This document shows positions 1 to 8,913 of a stretch of DNA of 64,000 bases, in pieces. Source of the DNA: Chitinophagales bacterium (GTDB lineage: Bacteria > Bacteroidota > Bacteroidia > Chitinophagales > Saprospiraceae); assembly GCA_017303475.1 (NCBI GenBank), contig JAFLBO010000014.1, positions 76,782-140,781 of the forward strand. Direction: 5' to 3'. The notes below the pieces were generated by a model that saw only the letters and a program-made list of their open reading frames with translations, was not told the DNA's origin and made no database searches. Each line of letters opens with the position of its first letter. The first letter of the stretch is position 1. The position numbers were made by a program, and so were the translations under genes.

Positions 1-1360
1 CGATAATAATAAGCGTCGCATTCAGGATAGAGGCACGAATTTCTTTGGAGGCTTCGTACACCACCACGAGTGAAGACCGCTTTTCGGCAGCAGGACGTAA
101 GGCGTTCTCTTTCAGGCGTTTCAGTACGTTGTCTACATCAATGATAGCATCGTCTACAAGTGCGCCGATGGCGATGGCCATACCGCCGAGGCTCATGGTA
201 TTGATGGTTAGACCGAGCCATTTTAGTGCCAAAATTGCTACTAAAAGCGACAGTGGTATTGCCAGCAACGAAATGATTGTAGTACGATAGTTCATCAAAA
301 ACAGGAACAGTACCGCCACTACGAAAAACGAACCTTCGAGCAGCGAGCGATTTACATTGTTGACAGATGCCTGTATAAAATCGCTTTGCCTGAAAATGTC
401 GGAGCGAACATGAATGTGTGCAGGTAGATTTTTCTGGATGTCAGTCAGCGCAGCATCCAAACGTTTTGTCAATTCGAGTGTGTTGGTGTTGGGTTGTTTC
501 GACACCGTAAGAATGACTGCCGGGTTGCCACTTAACGCCCCGTCACCGATTTTGGGCGAGGCAGCAATTTTCAGTTCAGCAACGTCGCTGATTTTAACAG
601 GAAATCCGCCGAGGGTTTTGACCACTACATTGCCCAATTCCTCTAAATTACCGGTGCGTACCATGCCACGCACAATGTATTCGTTGCCATGGTCATTGAT
701 AAAACCGCCCGACGCATTTTGATTGGACGATTCACAGGCATGAAGCAATTCATTGAGCGTCACGCCAAAATATTTCATCTTGATCGGATCGGCAAGTGCC
801 TGATACTGTTTGTATTCACCACCTATGACCACTACGTTTGCTACACCAGCCGTAGAAAGCAGGCGAGGACGGATATTCCAATCGGCCACAGTGCGCATTT
901 CCATGAAATCGTTGCTATCTGAAGTGACTGCGATGAGCATGATTTCACCCATAATAGATGCTTGCGGGGCGAGCGTTGGGTTACCGACCCCTGCTGGCAG
1001 ACCTGCCGAGATCGCAGATAGTTTTTCTGTCACGATTTGACGGGCCTGAAAAATATCCGTACCCCACTCGAATTCGATCCAGACGATGCTGATGCCTGCC
1101 GACGAGGAAGAGCGTACACGGCGCACGTTTGTTGCACCGTTGAGTGCCGATTCAATCGGGAATGAGACGAGTTTTTCCACTTCTTCCGGGGCCATGCCGT
1201 GCGATTCGGTCAACACTACCACGGTCGGAGCGGTGAGGTCGGGGAATACATCCACATCCATGCGGGAAGCGGTATAGCTTCCCCAAAAGAGAAGCAATAT
1301 GGCCGCTGCTACAATCATCAACCGATTGTGCAGGGCGTATTGAATTATGTTGTTCAACAT
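1..1360 (-). CDS. CusA/CzcA-family heavy-metal RND efflux pump, N-terminal ~453 codons (the rest lies beyond the left window edge)
   Basis: Not in the ORF track because there is no stop inside the window. My minus-strand translation from ATG 1360-1358 reads MLNNIIQYALHNRLMIVAAAILLLFWGSYTASRMDVDVFPDLTAPTVVVLTESHGMAPEEVEKLVSFPIESALNG... and stays open to position 1. This is a typical CusA/CzcA N-terminus. It starts 23 nt after the adaptor gene. Confidence 0.85.
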   Translation of the reverse strand, partial: MLNNIIQYALHNRLMIVAAAILLLFWGSYTASRMDVDVFPDLTAPTVVVLTESHGMAPEEVEKLVSFPIESALNGATNVRRVRSSSSAGISIVWIEFEWGTDIFQARQIVTEKLSAISAGLPAGVGNPTLAPQASIMGEIMLIAVTSDSNDFMEMRTVADWNIRPRLLSTAGVANVVVIGGEYKQYQALADPIKMKYFGVTLNELLHACESSNQNASGGFINDHGNEYIVRGMVRTGNLEELGNVVVKTLGGFPVKISDVAELKIAASPKIGDGALSGNPAVILTVSKQPNTNTLELTKRLDAALTDIQKNLPAHIHVRSDIFRQSDFIQASVNNVNRSLLEGSFFVVAVLFLFLMNYRTTIISLLAIPLSLLVAILALKWLGLTINTMSLGGMAIAIGALVDDAIIDVDNVLKRLKENALRPAAEKRSSLVVVYEASKEIRASILNATLIII

Positions 1361-1383
1361 TTTTCTGCTATTTAGTTGATGAT

Positions 1384-2907
1384 TTAGTGTTCGTGACCAT
1401 GCGCTGGAAGTGTACCTGCGGCTGTACTTAGTTTGATGTTGTAAGCACCTTTAGTCACTACACGCTCACCCTCAACTACACCGGAAAACACCTGCACGTT
1501 TTGACCGTCACTACCACCAATTTTCAGTTCGCGCTTTTGGAAAGATTCACCTTCTGTCTGGACATAACAGAAGTAACTGCCCTGCTCTTCCAGCACCGCT
1601 GAAGCCGGAATCACCAATGCCGCTGATTGTGCATTCGTTTTCAAAAACACTTCGATAAATGCCCCTGGAATAATGCCCTCCTTGTTGTCAACCTCGAAAA
1701 AAACAGGGATGAAAAGCGTGTTTTCCGCCGATTTTCCAATGGAAACCAAGCGGCCATTCAGTTGGGAGAGTGAATACACTTTGCCATTGCCCGTCCTAAA
1801 ATTCGCTGATGTGATGCCGTTGATTTTAGTAAAAGCCGTTTGAGATACTTCGGCTTTTACTACTAATTTTTTGCTTTTGGAAATTACTGCTAATGGTGCG
1901 CCCGTCTCAACAAACTGTCCGTCAGTAACTAACAGCGACTTGACAAAACCGGCCCGATTGGTGCGGATACTTTGGCCATCCTGTCCATAGTTGGTCGACA
2001 GGGAAGCGACCAGCGTTTGGGCATTTTCGTAGATATTTTTTGCTTGCAGAAAATCCTTTTCCACCAGAAGCCGGTCGTTGTAAAGTTTTTGACTGCGCTC
2101 GAAATCAGCTTTGGCTTTGGCCAGGTTGTTACGCGCTTCCTGGATTTGGAGGGGCGCGTTGCGGTCGGTCAATCCCTGGCTCGATACGGTGAACAGCACT
2201 GCGCCAGCCCCAACGGATGAACCCTCAAACAATCCTTGTTTGTTGATGCGAACAATACCTGCCGTTTTGGCCGAAACCGTTTCCTCATCGCCGGGTGCGG
2301 TAATAACCACGCCCGAAGTTTTCACCACATTGGCGAATGCAGCTCGTTGGACTGGTTGATTGGCAAAGTCAATTTTCCAGGCTTGCTCTTTCAGATAAGT
2401 TATATTGTTGCCGCTGCCGGATTCGGGTTCCTGTTGGGCGATAGCAGTTTTTTCATCCGGGAAAACCGTCACACTGTCCAGTACCACCTGGTCTGTATAA
2501 GCAGGTGTTTTGATGTCGAATGTGAGTTTGTAAAGCCCTGGCTTTTCAGGGGTCATACGCAGACGGAAAATGCCCGGTACCTGGGGTTCGTTCGCGGTGA
2601 TGCTTTGAGTGCCTGCCGCGCTACTCATAGTCAGCGAGACACTGCCCTCGCCAACGGCTTTGAACGACTCGTCGAGCATGGTAAAGTGCGCCGCAAAGCG
2701 GCTTTCCTGACCCACCACGAGCGGTTTGAATTCAACAAAAAGTTCGCTCTTGTCGGTATAAAGGGTGAAAGCGAGCGCTTCGAGCGCGGATTCAGATGAA
2801 TGGCTCCCGTTTGCGTTGTGAGCGTGCCCAGACTCGGAATCGTGGCTATGCGAATGGCAGGCGGCGACTAACAGCGTCGCCAACAAGCCAATGAATATAA
2901 TTTTCAT
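1384..2907 (-). CDS. RND efflux periplasmic adaptor (membrane fusion protein), CusB/CzcB-like, His-rich at both ends
   Basis: Track ORF 1384..2952; the probable start is ATG 2907 (MKIIFIGLLATLLVAACHS, a lipoprotein-type signal). HSHSHDSESGHAHNANGSH follows the signal and PAHGHEH ends the protein. The coiled-coil hairpin NLAKAKADFERSQKLYNDRLLVEKDFLQAKN is typical of HlyD/MFP adaptors. It lies directly upstream of the pump gene. Confidence 0.85.
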   Translation of the reverse strand: MKIIFIGLLATLLVAACHSHSHDSESGHAHNANGSHSSESALEALAFTLYTDKSELFVEFKPLVVGQESRFAAHFTMLDESFKAVGEGSVSLTMSSAAGTQSITANEPQVPGIFRLRMTPEKPGLYKLTFDIKTPAYTDQVVLDSVTVFPDEKTAIAQQEPESGSGNNITYLKEQAWKIDFANQPVQRAAFANVVKTSGVVITAPGDEETVSAKTAGIVRINKQGLFEGSSVGAGAVLFTVSSQGLTDRNAPLQIQEARNNLAKAKADFERSQKLYNDRLLVEKDFLQAKNIYENAQTLVASLSTNYGQDGQSIRTNRAGFVKSLLVTDGQFVETGAPLAVISKSKKLVVKAEVSQTAFTKINGITSANFRTGNGKVYSLSQLNGRLVSIGKSAENTLFIPVFFEVDNKEGIIPGAFIEVFLKTNAQSAALVIPASAVLEEQGSYFCYVQTEGESFQKRELKIGGSDGQNVQVFSGVVEGERVVTKGAYNIKLSTAAGTLPAHGHEH

Positions 2908-3025
2908 TGCTGATGCGTTGATAATGAAATGTATAGGAGAGAAACAAGGCATTGGAATAGGAGTTATACAATGGCACCGTCAAGGTCCATAATATAGAAA
3001 TCCAACTCCAAAAAGCTAAAACGGC

Positions 3026-3427
3026 TCAACCAAGCGGAGGCCGGAAGATGTCCTGTACAAACAGACGTGAACAGTAATCAATGCTTCCGAAAGCATCCTT
3101 TGACAGGAATTCCTGAGCATTATTCAGGTTAACTATCGGAACATCAGAAGGTGGCAATATGATTAGTGCAACAGATGAAGCATCGGCACATCGGAAAGGT
3201 AAATCTGAATGATCCTGACTTGCATCATCGTGATGCACGCGTCCGCCATAGTGCTGAGCAAGAAAATTGAAAAAAGTCAGATGTTCACCATGTTCGTTGT
3301 GCGCATGATCATGGTGAGCATAAAAATGAGAAAGCAGTGCTGGTAGCTTCGTCAATTGTTCCAACAAAGGTGACATCCCCTGGGCAAGCAGAACAAATGC
3401 AAAGAATATAGCAATATAGTTTCTCAT
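3026..3427 (-). CDS. Small secreted His-rich protein of unknown function
   Basis: Signal peptide MRNYIAIFFAFVLLAQG; His clusters HFYAHHDHAHNEHGEH and VHHDDASQDHSDLPF; C-terminus ...DIFRPPLG. It sits just upstream of the adaptor-pump pair. Confidence 0.6.
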   Translation of the reverse strand: MRNYIAIFFAFVLLAQGMSPLLEQLTKLPALLSHFYAHHDHAHNEHGEHLTFFNFLAQHYGGRVHHDDASQDHSDLPFRCADASSVALIILPPSDVPIVNLNNAQEFLSKDAFGSIDYCSRLFVQDIFRPPLG

Positions 3428-3452
3428 ACGGGCGTAAAAATAGTAAAAAACC

Positions 3453-6170
3453 TCAATAAATTAAGGTAATGCCCGCTCCCAGCCCCATATCACTGTCGTA
3501 ATGTGTGGACAAAGCAAAGTATCTGGTGAGGATGTATCGAAACCCGGCCATATACTCCTTGTCCGTATTTACCATAAAATTGAATCTGAGCCGCTTTCCA
3601 ACAGGAACATCCTCTCTTCCCAGCTGAAAACGGAACTTGCCCTCACTATCAACTCGCGCATCGGCGACCAGCAACATCGGCAATGTGTACGCGATGCCCA
3701 CAACGGCGGCACGGCGGTGATTCTTATTGCTTGTTTGCCCGAACATGGTCTTTGCTTCGTTGCCGAAAATGTTGCGCGGGCTGCCTTCCAAATCAAAAAA
3801 TCCGTCCTGCGATTTGCCTTCCTTTTTATAGTGGTAGTCAAAACCGGCATATGGATAAAGCCATTGCATTTTGCCCAAATACCGCCCGAACATCGTCTCG
3901 CTTTCGTAGCCATGGTAGCTGTGGTAGCCGAGATGCCATAACGTCCCCAATTTCCAGCGCGTGTTCATCAACCCAGCCTCGCCGTCCGAGCCGTTGCTTT
4001 CAAGACCGACCCGCGCCATCGAGTGAAACCGTCGGTCGTCGGCAAACAACTTGCGCTGAGCCAGTTTTGGGTTCGGGATTAAGGGGTTGGCCTCCTGGTT
4101 TTCGTAAGAGAAAACCCGCCCCATGCCGCTCATCATGTGATATAAAATATGGCAATGGAAAAACCAATCGCCCTCGACGTTGGCGTTGAATTCGAGCGTG
4201 TCAGTTTCCATCGGCATAATGTCCACGATATTTTTGAGCGGCGCGTAGTCGCCCTGCCCATTTAGCAAGCGGAAATCGTGGCCGTGCAGGTGCATCGGGT
4301 GGCGCATCATTGAACCATTATGTAGGACGATACGGACGTTCTGCCCCTTTTTTATCAAAATCTTGTCCGTCTCCGAAACCACACGGTTGTCCAAACTCCA
4401 AACGTAGCGGTTCATGTTGCCGGTCAGTTCAAAGTGCAGCTCTTTAACGGGAGCTTTTTTGGGCAGCGTGGTCGGGGTCGTCGATTTGAGCATCGCGTAG
4501 TTTAGCGTCACGATGTCCGAAAGGGCGTTTGCGTCGTACTGTTCCGCGCCCATGTTCATGTTATCCATGTTGTGTTGTCCGCCGTCGGCTGCACCCGTGA
4601 TTTCGGGGTACATCACCACGTTCATGTCCATTTGGTTGAGGCTCATGTTCATACCCATGTCGTCGAGGTCGCCGTTCATTTTCGTCATGCCGTTCATCAT
4701 CTTCATGCCCTCGAAATATTTCAATTTGGGCATCGGTATCGAGACCTGCTTCACACCCGCACCCAAAAACAATGAAGCCGACTTAGTGCGGTCTTCCGGT
4801 GTTGCCAAAAATTCGGCAGCCGTTCCGTCGGCGGGAATCGTCACGACGACATCGTAAGTTTCCGAAACGGCGATAATCAATCTGTCTACTTCAACCGGTT
4901 CGATATCATTGCCATCGTTCGCCACAACGGTCATTTTGCCGCCGCCATATTTCAGCCAAAAATAGGACGACGCGCCGCCATTCGACACCCGGAGCCGCAC
5001 CCTTTCTCCCGCGCGGAACTGAGGAAGTTGGCTTTCGTTCTTTCCATTAATTAAAAACTTATTGTAGTACACATCGCTCACATCCATCGCATTCATACGT
5101 TTCCATTCGTTGGAAACCTTTGTTTTGAAATAACCCTGCCGAATGGCCTCAGCGTAACTCTGAGTTGTACCTTTCTTGATGGCAAACCAATCGGTCGCGT
5201 TATGCAGCATACGGTGGACTTGCTTGGGGTTCATATCCGTCCATTCGCTCAAAACGAGTGGGATTTCGGGTAAATCATCAATGCCCGGCCTGAAACCCTC
5301 CCTTTTCTTCATAATAAACGAGCCGTACATCCCGATTTGCTCTTGTAAACCGGAATGGCTGTGATACCAATGTGTACCGTGCTGGATGATTGGAAATTTG
5401 TACAGATGGACCATGTGCGGCGGGATTGGCATTTGGGTCAAATTGGGCACACCATCCTCTTTGTTGGGCAAAAACAGACCGTGCCAGTGCAGCGATGTTC
5501 CTTCGTCTAATTCATTGTGTACGTAAATTTCGGCAGTGTCTCCTTCTGTAAAACTGAGCGTAGGCATTGGTATTTGCCCGTTCACGGCAATGGCGCGTCT
5601 GGCTTTGCCGGTAAAATTGACTGTTGTATCCCGGACATATAGGTCATATCGGACCGTTCGGGGCGGTGCTGCAACAATGGCTGGCGTTTTTTTTTCCTCG
5701 GTTGCCTTGGGCGTTTTGCCCATTTTCAAAGGGTCTTTGCCGCCGTCCAATTCAATAGGTTTTGTCGTGGAGGTATCCGTTTTCGGCGCAGGTTTGATCA
5801 GGTTTCCCATGTCCATGCCCGGCATTTTTGCCGTGTCCTTTTGTACCGGTATGTTTTCGTGGGCTTCATGTTCGGGCTTGGGTTTTGGTTTTACTTTTTT
5901 GCCCTTCACTTTGACCAAAGTCATGCCGCAGACTGGGCAGGTGCCGGGCTTATCGTTGTGGATCTTCGGGTCCATCGTGCAAGTGTAATACGAGCCGTCA
6001 GCTTGTGATTTGCCATTGTTTTGGGCAAAAACTGTGGAAGTAGCGAAGAAGGACAACACAAAAGCCAGTAAGATCAATTTCGCTTTTTTTAGTTGTAGGA
6101 AAGCACAAAACCCACCAAGATGCGACATCAATGGCAGCACTTTTTGATAAATATTTTTTTGAAAAGCCAT
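3453..6170 (-). CDS. Triple fusion: N-terminal heavy-metal-binding domain + CopA/PcoA-like multicopper oxidase + CopB/PcoB-like C-terminal barrel domain
   Basis: HMBD motif YTCTMDPKIHNDKPGTCPVCGMTLV. Cupredoxin copper-ligand motifs HWHGLF, HWYHSHSG, HPMHLHGH and HCHILYHMMSGM. Met-rich insert MKMMNGMTKMNGDLDDMGMNMSLNQMDMN. The last ~245 aa (ESETMFGRYLGKMQWLYPYAGFDYHY ... AAVVGIAYTLPMLLVADARVDSEGKFRFQLG ... GAGITLIY) follow the CopB pattern. An alternative start is ATG 6128 (MSHLGGF...). Confidence 0.8.
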   Translation of the reverse strand: MAFQKNIYQKVLPLMSHLGGFCAFLQLKKAKLILLAFVLSFFATSTVFAQNNGKSQADGSYYTCTMDPKIHNDKPGTCPVCGMTLVKVKGKKVKPKPKPEHEAHENIPVQKDTAKMPGMDMGNLIKPAPKTDTSTTKPIELDGGKDPLKMGKTPKATEEKKTPAIVAAPPRTVRYDLYVRDTTVNFTGKARRAIAVNGQIPMPTLSFTEGDTAEIYVHNELDEGTSLHWHGLFLPNKEDGVPNLTQMPIPPHMVHLYKFPIIQHGTHWYHSHSGLQEQIGMYGSFIMKKREGFRPGIDDLPEIPLVLSEWTDMNPKQVHRMLHNATDWFAIKKGTTQSYAEAIRQGYFKTKVSNEWKRMNAMDVSDVYYNKFLINGKNESQLPQFRAGERVRLRVSNGGASSYFWLKYGGGKMTVVANDGNDIEPVEVDRLIIAVSETYDVVVTIPADGTAAEFLATPEDRTKSASLFLGAGVKQVSIPMPKLKYFEGMKMMNGMTKMNGDLDDMGMNMSLNQMDMNVVMYPEITGAADGGQHNMDNMNMGAEQYDANALSDIVTLNYAMLKSTTPTTLPKKAPVKELHFELTGNMNRYVWSLDNRVVSETDKILIKKGQNVRIVLHNGSMMRHPMHLHGHDFRLLNGQGDYAPLKNIVDIMPMETDTLEFNANVEGDWFFHCHILYHMMSGMGRVFSYENQEANPLIPNPKLAQRKLFADDRRFHSMARVGLESNGSDGEAGLMNTRWKLGTLWHLGYHSYHGYESETMFGRYLGKMQWLYPYAGFDYHYKKEGKSQDGFFDLEGSPRNIFGNEAKTMFGQTSNKNHRRAAVVGIAYTLPMLLVADARVDSEGKFRFQLGREDVPVGKRLRFNFMVNTDKEYMAGFRYILTRYFALSTHYDSDMGLGAGITLIY

Positions 6171-6188
6171 TTTAGGAATTTCATTTTT

Positions 6189-6656
6189 TTAGTGATTAGT
6201 GGCGAGACTGTCCCTCGAATCGGTTGCCCAATTGATGAGCAACTCCTTTTCCGAAGGCGACAGCACCGCATTTCCGTGAAGCAAAAGATAGGACGGCAGA
6301 GGCATTGCACCGGTTTCAATCTGTTTGCCAATTGATTCCAGTTTGCTCCCTTGCCGCCGTTTAGAGTATGCGCCGAACTCGCTGAAATTCAATTTATCCT
6401 TTCCATTACGGACGTGGTAGGCCATGAACCAACCACTTGGCTGAATATAGGTGTACCATGGATAATGCGTGTTGTTGCTGTGGCAGTCGAAGCATGACCT
6501 TGCCAAAATACCCTGCACCCGCTCCGGCACATCTAATGCCTTGGAAATATCCGAGTCCAAAACCTGCCCGCTTTCGTTGCGGGCAGGCTGTATAAACTGG
6601 ATAAGCACGAAAACCGTGGCTGCGGCCAAAACAGTTTCTTTCATTCGTGCTTTCAT
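6189..6656 (-). CDS. Haem-binding-domain protein (Haem_bd/PF14376-like)
   Basis: CFDCHSNNTHYPWYTYIQPSGWFMAYHVRNGKDKLNFSEF and IETGAMPLPSYLLLH match my memory of this family. There is an N-terminal TM/signal segment. Confidence 0.7.
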   Translation of the reverse strand: MKARMKETVLAAATVFVLIQFIQPARNESGQVLDSDISKALDVPERVQGILARSCFDCHSNNTHYPWYTYIQPSGWFMAYHVRNGKDKLNFSEFGAYSKRRQGSKLESIGKQIETGAMPLPSYLLLHGNAVLSPSEKELLINWATDSRDSLATNH

Positions 6657-6659
6657 CTT

Positions 6660-7361
6660 TTATTTGATTTCCTCTTTTGCCTGGCCACAGGTAAGCATTT
6701 TTTTGCCGTAATAAGGGTTAGCAATTTCTTTGGTTTCGCTCAACCAAATAGCTCCCTTCCCTTTGTCGTACATGGGGCAGAAATCCTGATACAAGGTTTG
6801 ACCACCGCCAAAGTCCTTTACCAAATCGTATACGTCCTTACTAAGCATGGCAAAGTGCTCCCGCTGATGCTCGATTTTTCCAGCATTTGCTCCAATGTGT
6901 TCGGCATGCTCAATAGCTGCATCCACTATTTCATCAAACGACTTTTTTTGTTCACCTGTCAAAGTGCCCTTGTCAAAGTCCTGAAAAGTCTTTTCCAGCG
7001 CTTTTCCTGCCGCTGCCGCATCCTGGCTTTTGTCGGCAGTTAACGCATTTTTCAAGACCAGGTAGCTATCTACGATTGCTTTGATAGAAGTACTACCTGC
7101 TGCTTGATTGTTAGTCGTTGTGCTGCTTGTAGTGGACGAATGATTCATGGATTTAACTTCGGTCAATTCCATCCCACATTTTGAGCACTTGTCACCTTGC
7201 TTACCGGTTATCTCCGGGTGCATCGGGCAAGCGTACACAGTTTCCATTCCGGAAACAGGTTGCCCGGAATCTTGATCCTTATTCTCCTTTTGCGACGGAT
7301 TGTTTTTACAAGCTGCAAGCCCCAGAAACAATGCGCAAAGAATTATTATTGAATTTTTCAT
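6660..7361 (-). CDS. Lipoprotein: heavy-metal-binding domain + DUF3347
   Basis: Signal LGLAAC; HMBD motif YACPMHPEITGKQGDKCSKCGMELT. DUF3347-type C-terminus YQDFCPMYDKGKGAIWLSETKEIANPYYGKKMLTCG. Confidence 0.8.
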   Translation of the reverse strand: MKNSIIILCALFLGLAACKNNPSQKENKDQDSGQPVSGMETVYACPMHPEITGKQGDKCSKCGMELTEVKSMNHSSTTSSTTTNNQAAGSTSIKAIVDSYLVLKNALTADKSQDAAAAGKALEKTFQDFDKGTLTGEQKKSFDEIVDAAIEHAEHIGANAGKIEHQREHFAMLSKDVYDLVKDFGGGQTLYQDFCPMYDKGKGAIWLSETKEIANPYYGKKMLTCGQAKEEIK

Positions 7362-7398
7362 TGTTTGAAATTTGTAAGTGAAATAATAAAAGCAATAT

Positions 7399-8295
7399 TC
7401 AATTCAATGTCTCCGTCACGCTTCCACAGGTGAGCATTTGGTTTCCGTAATATGGGTTTTTGATCGCCTTTTCCGTGCTTAGCCAATTGCCACCTTTCCC
7501 ATCATTATACATGGGACAATGGTCGTAATAGACAGGCGTTTCGGGCTTGACGACCTTCATTACCTCGTACATATTTTTGGAAAGCGAAGCAAAATACTCG
7601 CGTTGCTGCTTGATCTTCTGCGTGTTTTTGATCTTCTCCGCGTCCGCGCTCAGTTTTTGCTCATACTTCATCCAAGCAGTATGCTGGGTGGCATTCATCA
7701 CTTCCATTTTTACGTTTGCAACCGCGTCGAATAAGATTTTAGCTTGCATTGCAGCAGTGGATACATCAGAAGCCACCAATGCATTTTTTAAAGCAAAATA
7801 GACTGAGTAAACTTCTGACAATGGGTTTCCATTAGATTGAGTAGAAGCATGTTTTTTGACCATCCCTTCATTCGACGAAATCGCTACGGCCGTAGCAGGG
7901 CCTGGTTTTTCAATTACTCCTGATTCAATTGTTCCAGCAGGCACCTCTATTTTTTTCGGGCGCTCATATTGGCAGCATCCATGAAGGTTCGCATAGACAT
8001 CATCAGGAGCTGTGAATTTTTCACTGTCGTAGCCAGCAGCGGCAATGCGTTGTAGCACTGCGTCAGCGTTGGTTTTGCTGGCATCAAAAGTGATTTGTGC
8101 CATCTTGGTGTCCTGGTCCCAGTCGACTTTGGCCTCACCTTTTTTGAAGGCAGCCTTTTCGATGGTCTTTTCGCACATGCCGCAATTCCCATAGACCATA
8201 ACAACCTCAGTCTTTGCGTTCGGAATTTGAGCAGTACAACTGGAAAAAATGAACAATGCCGTCAGGGACATTGTGATATTTTTGAGCAATTTCAT
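7399..8295 (-). CDS. Lipoprotein: HMA (heavy-metal-associated) domain + DUF3347
   Basis: HMA motif YGNCGMCEKTIEKAA, followed by HGCCQYERP. C-terminus YYDHCPMYNDGKGGNWLSTEKAIKNPYYGNQMLTCG is paralogous to 6660..7361. Confidence 0.8.
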   Translation of the reverse strand: MKLLKNITMSLTALFIFSSCTAQIPNAKTEVVMVYGNCGMCEKTIEKAAFKKGEAKVDWDQDTKMAQITFDASKTNADAVLQRIAAAGYDSEKFTAPDDVYANLHGCCQYERPKKIEVPAGTIESGVIEKPGPATAVAISSNEGMVKKHASTQSNGNPLSEVYSVYFALKNALVASDVSTAAMQAKILFDAVANVKMEVMNATQHTAWMKYEQKLSADAEKIKNTQKIKQQREYFASLSKNMYEVMKVVKPETPVYYDHCPMYNDGKGGNWLSTEKAIKNPYYGNQMLTCGSVTETLN

Positions 8296-8452
8296 TTTTT
8301 AAAATTTAAAGCAATTAATCATTGAAAACAATGCCAGGCATTGCGTTCTGCAATACCTGATTGGAACTTTCTCAAGTTTATTACTTGGGAAAGTTCGTTC
8401 TATTAGCCTTGAAATTAAGAGGAAAATAGGCACACGTCGGGCTGACGTGGCA

Positions 8453-8860
8453 TTATGCGCCAATCTTTGGAGGCTGCCAAATGGAGAGATAAACGCTTTC
8501 TGGCAGGTGTCCGGCAAAGTAGAAAGCCAGTTTTTGCGCAGAAGAGCTAAAGGAGGATATGATAAAGAACATCGGAGGCGTTTCCTCCGCAAATGAGCCA
8601 GAGCAACTTATCATGCCGCAACCGGAACAGTGACAACCATCATTTTTATGGTCGCAAGGACAGTCGTGGCCGGAATGTCGGTGTTCGGAATTGCTATTTT
8701 GGTGCGTTTGCACCACACCTTTAGAACAACATGCGTTCGAAGATTTTTGATCACATTTTTCCATGTGAACGGCATCACCATTCCCACATGCCGATAGTGC
8801 GCCTATGGGCAACACAAGGAGGCAAAAAAGCGGGAATAATATACCTGAGTAAAATCTCAT
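8453..8860 (-). CDS. Small secreted Cys/His-rich protein (unknown function)
   Basis: Signal/lipobox LPIGALSAC. Cys/His cluster CDQKSSNACCSKGVVQTHQNSNSEHRHSGHDCPCDHKNDGCHCSGCGMISCSG. C-terminus ...SIWQPPKIGA. Confidence 0.6.
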   Translation of the reverse strand: MRFYSGILFPLFCLLVLPIGALSACGNGDAVHMEKCDQKSSNACCSKGVVQTHQNSNSEHRHSGHDCPCDHKNDGCHCSGCGMISCSGSFAEETPPMFFIISSFSSSAQKLAFYFAGHLPESVYLSIWQPPKIGA

Positions 8861-8913
8861 AGTTCGCTGGCAAAAAGATAATTAAAACACTGATCAGAGA
8901 TAAAAGTTGTTTT

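Noticed and set aside
2236-2799. 187-aa plus-strand ORF inside the adaptor gene.
   Set aside because: It is antisense to the MFP gene and has no recognisable features.
8299-8592. 97-aa minus-strand ORF overlapping the 3' end of the Cys/His-rich gene.
   Set aside because: It overlaps 8453..8860, which has a signal peptide and a coherent Cys/His architecture. The alternative frame has no features and would run through the intergenic promoter region.
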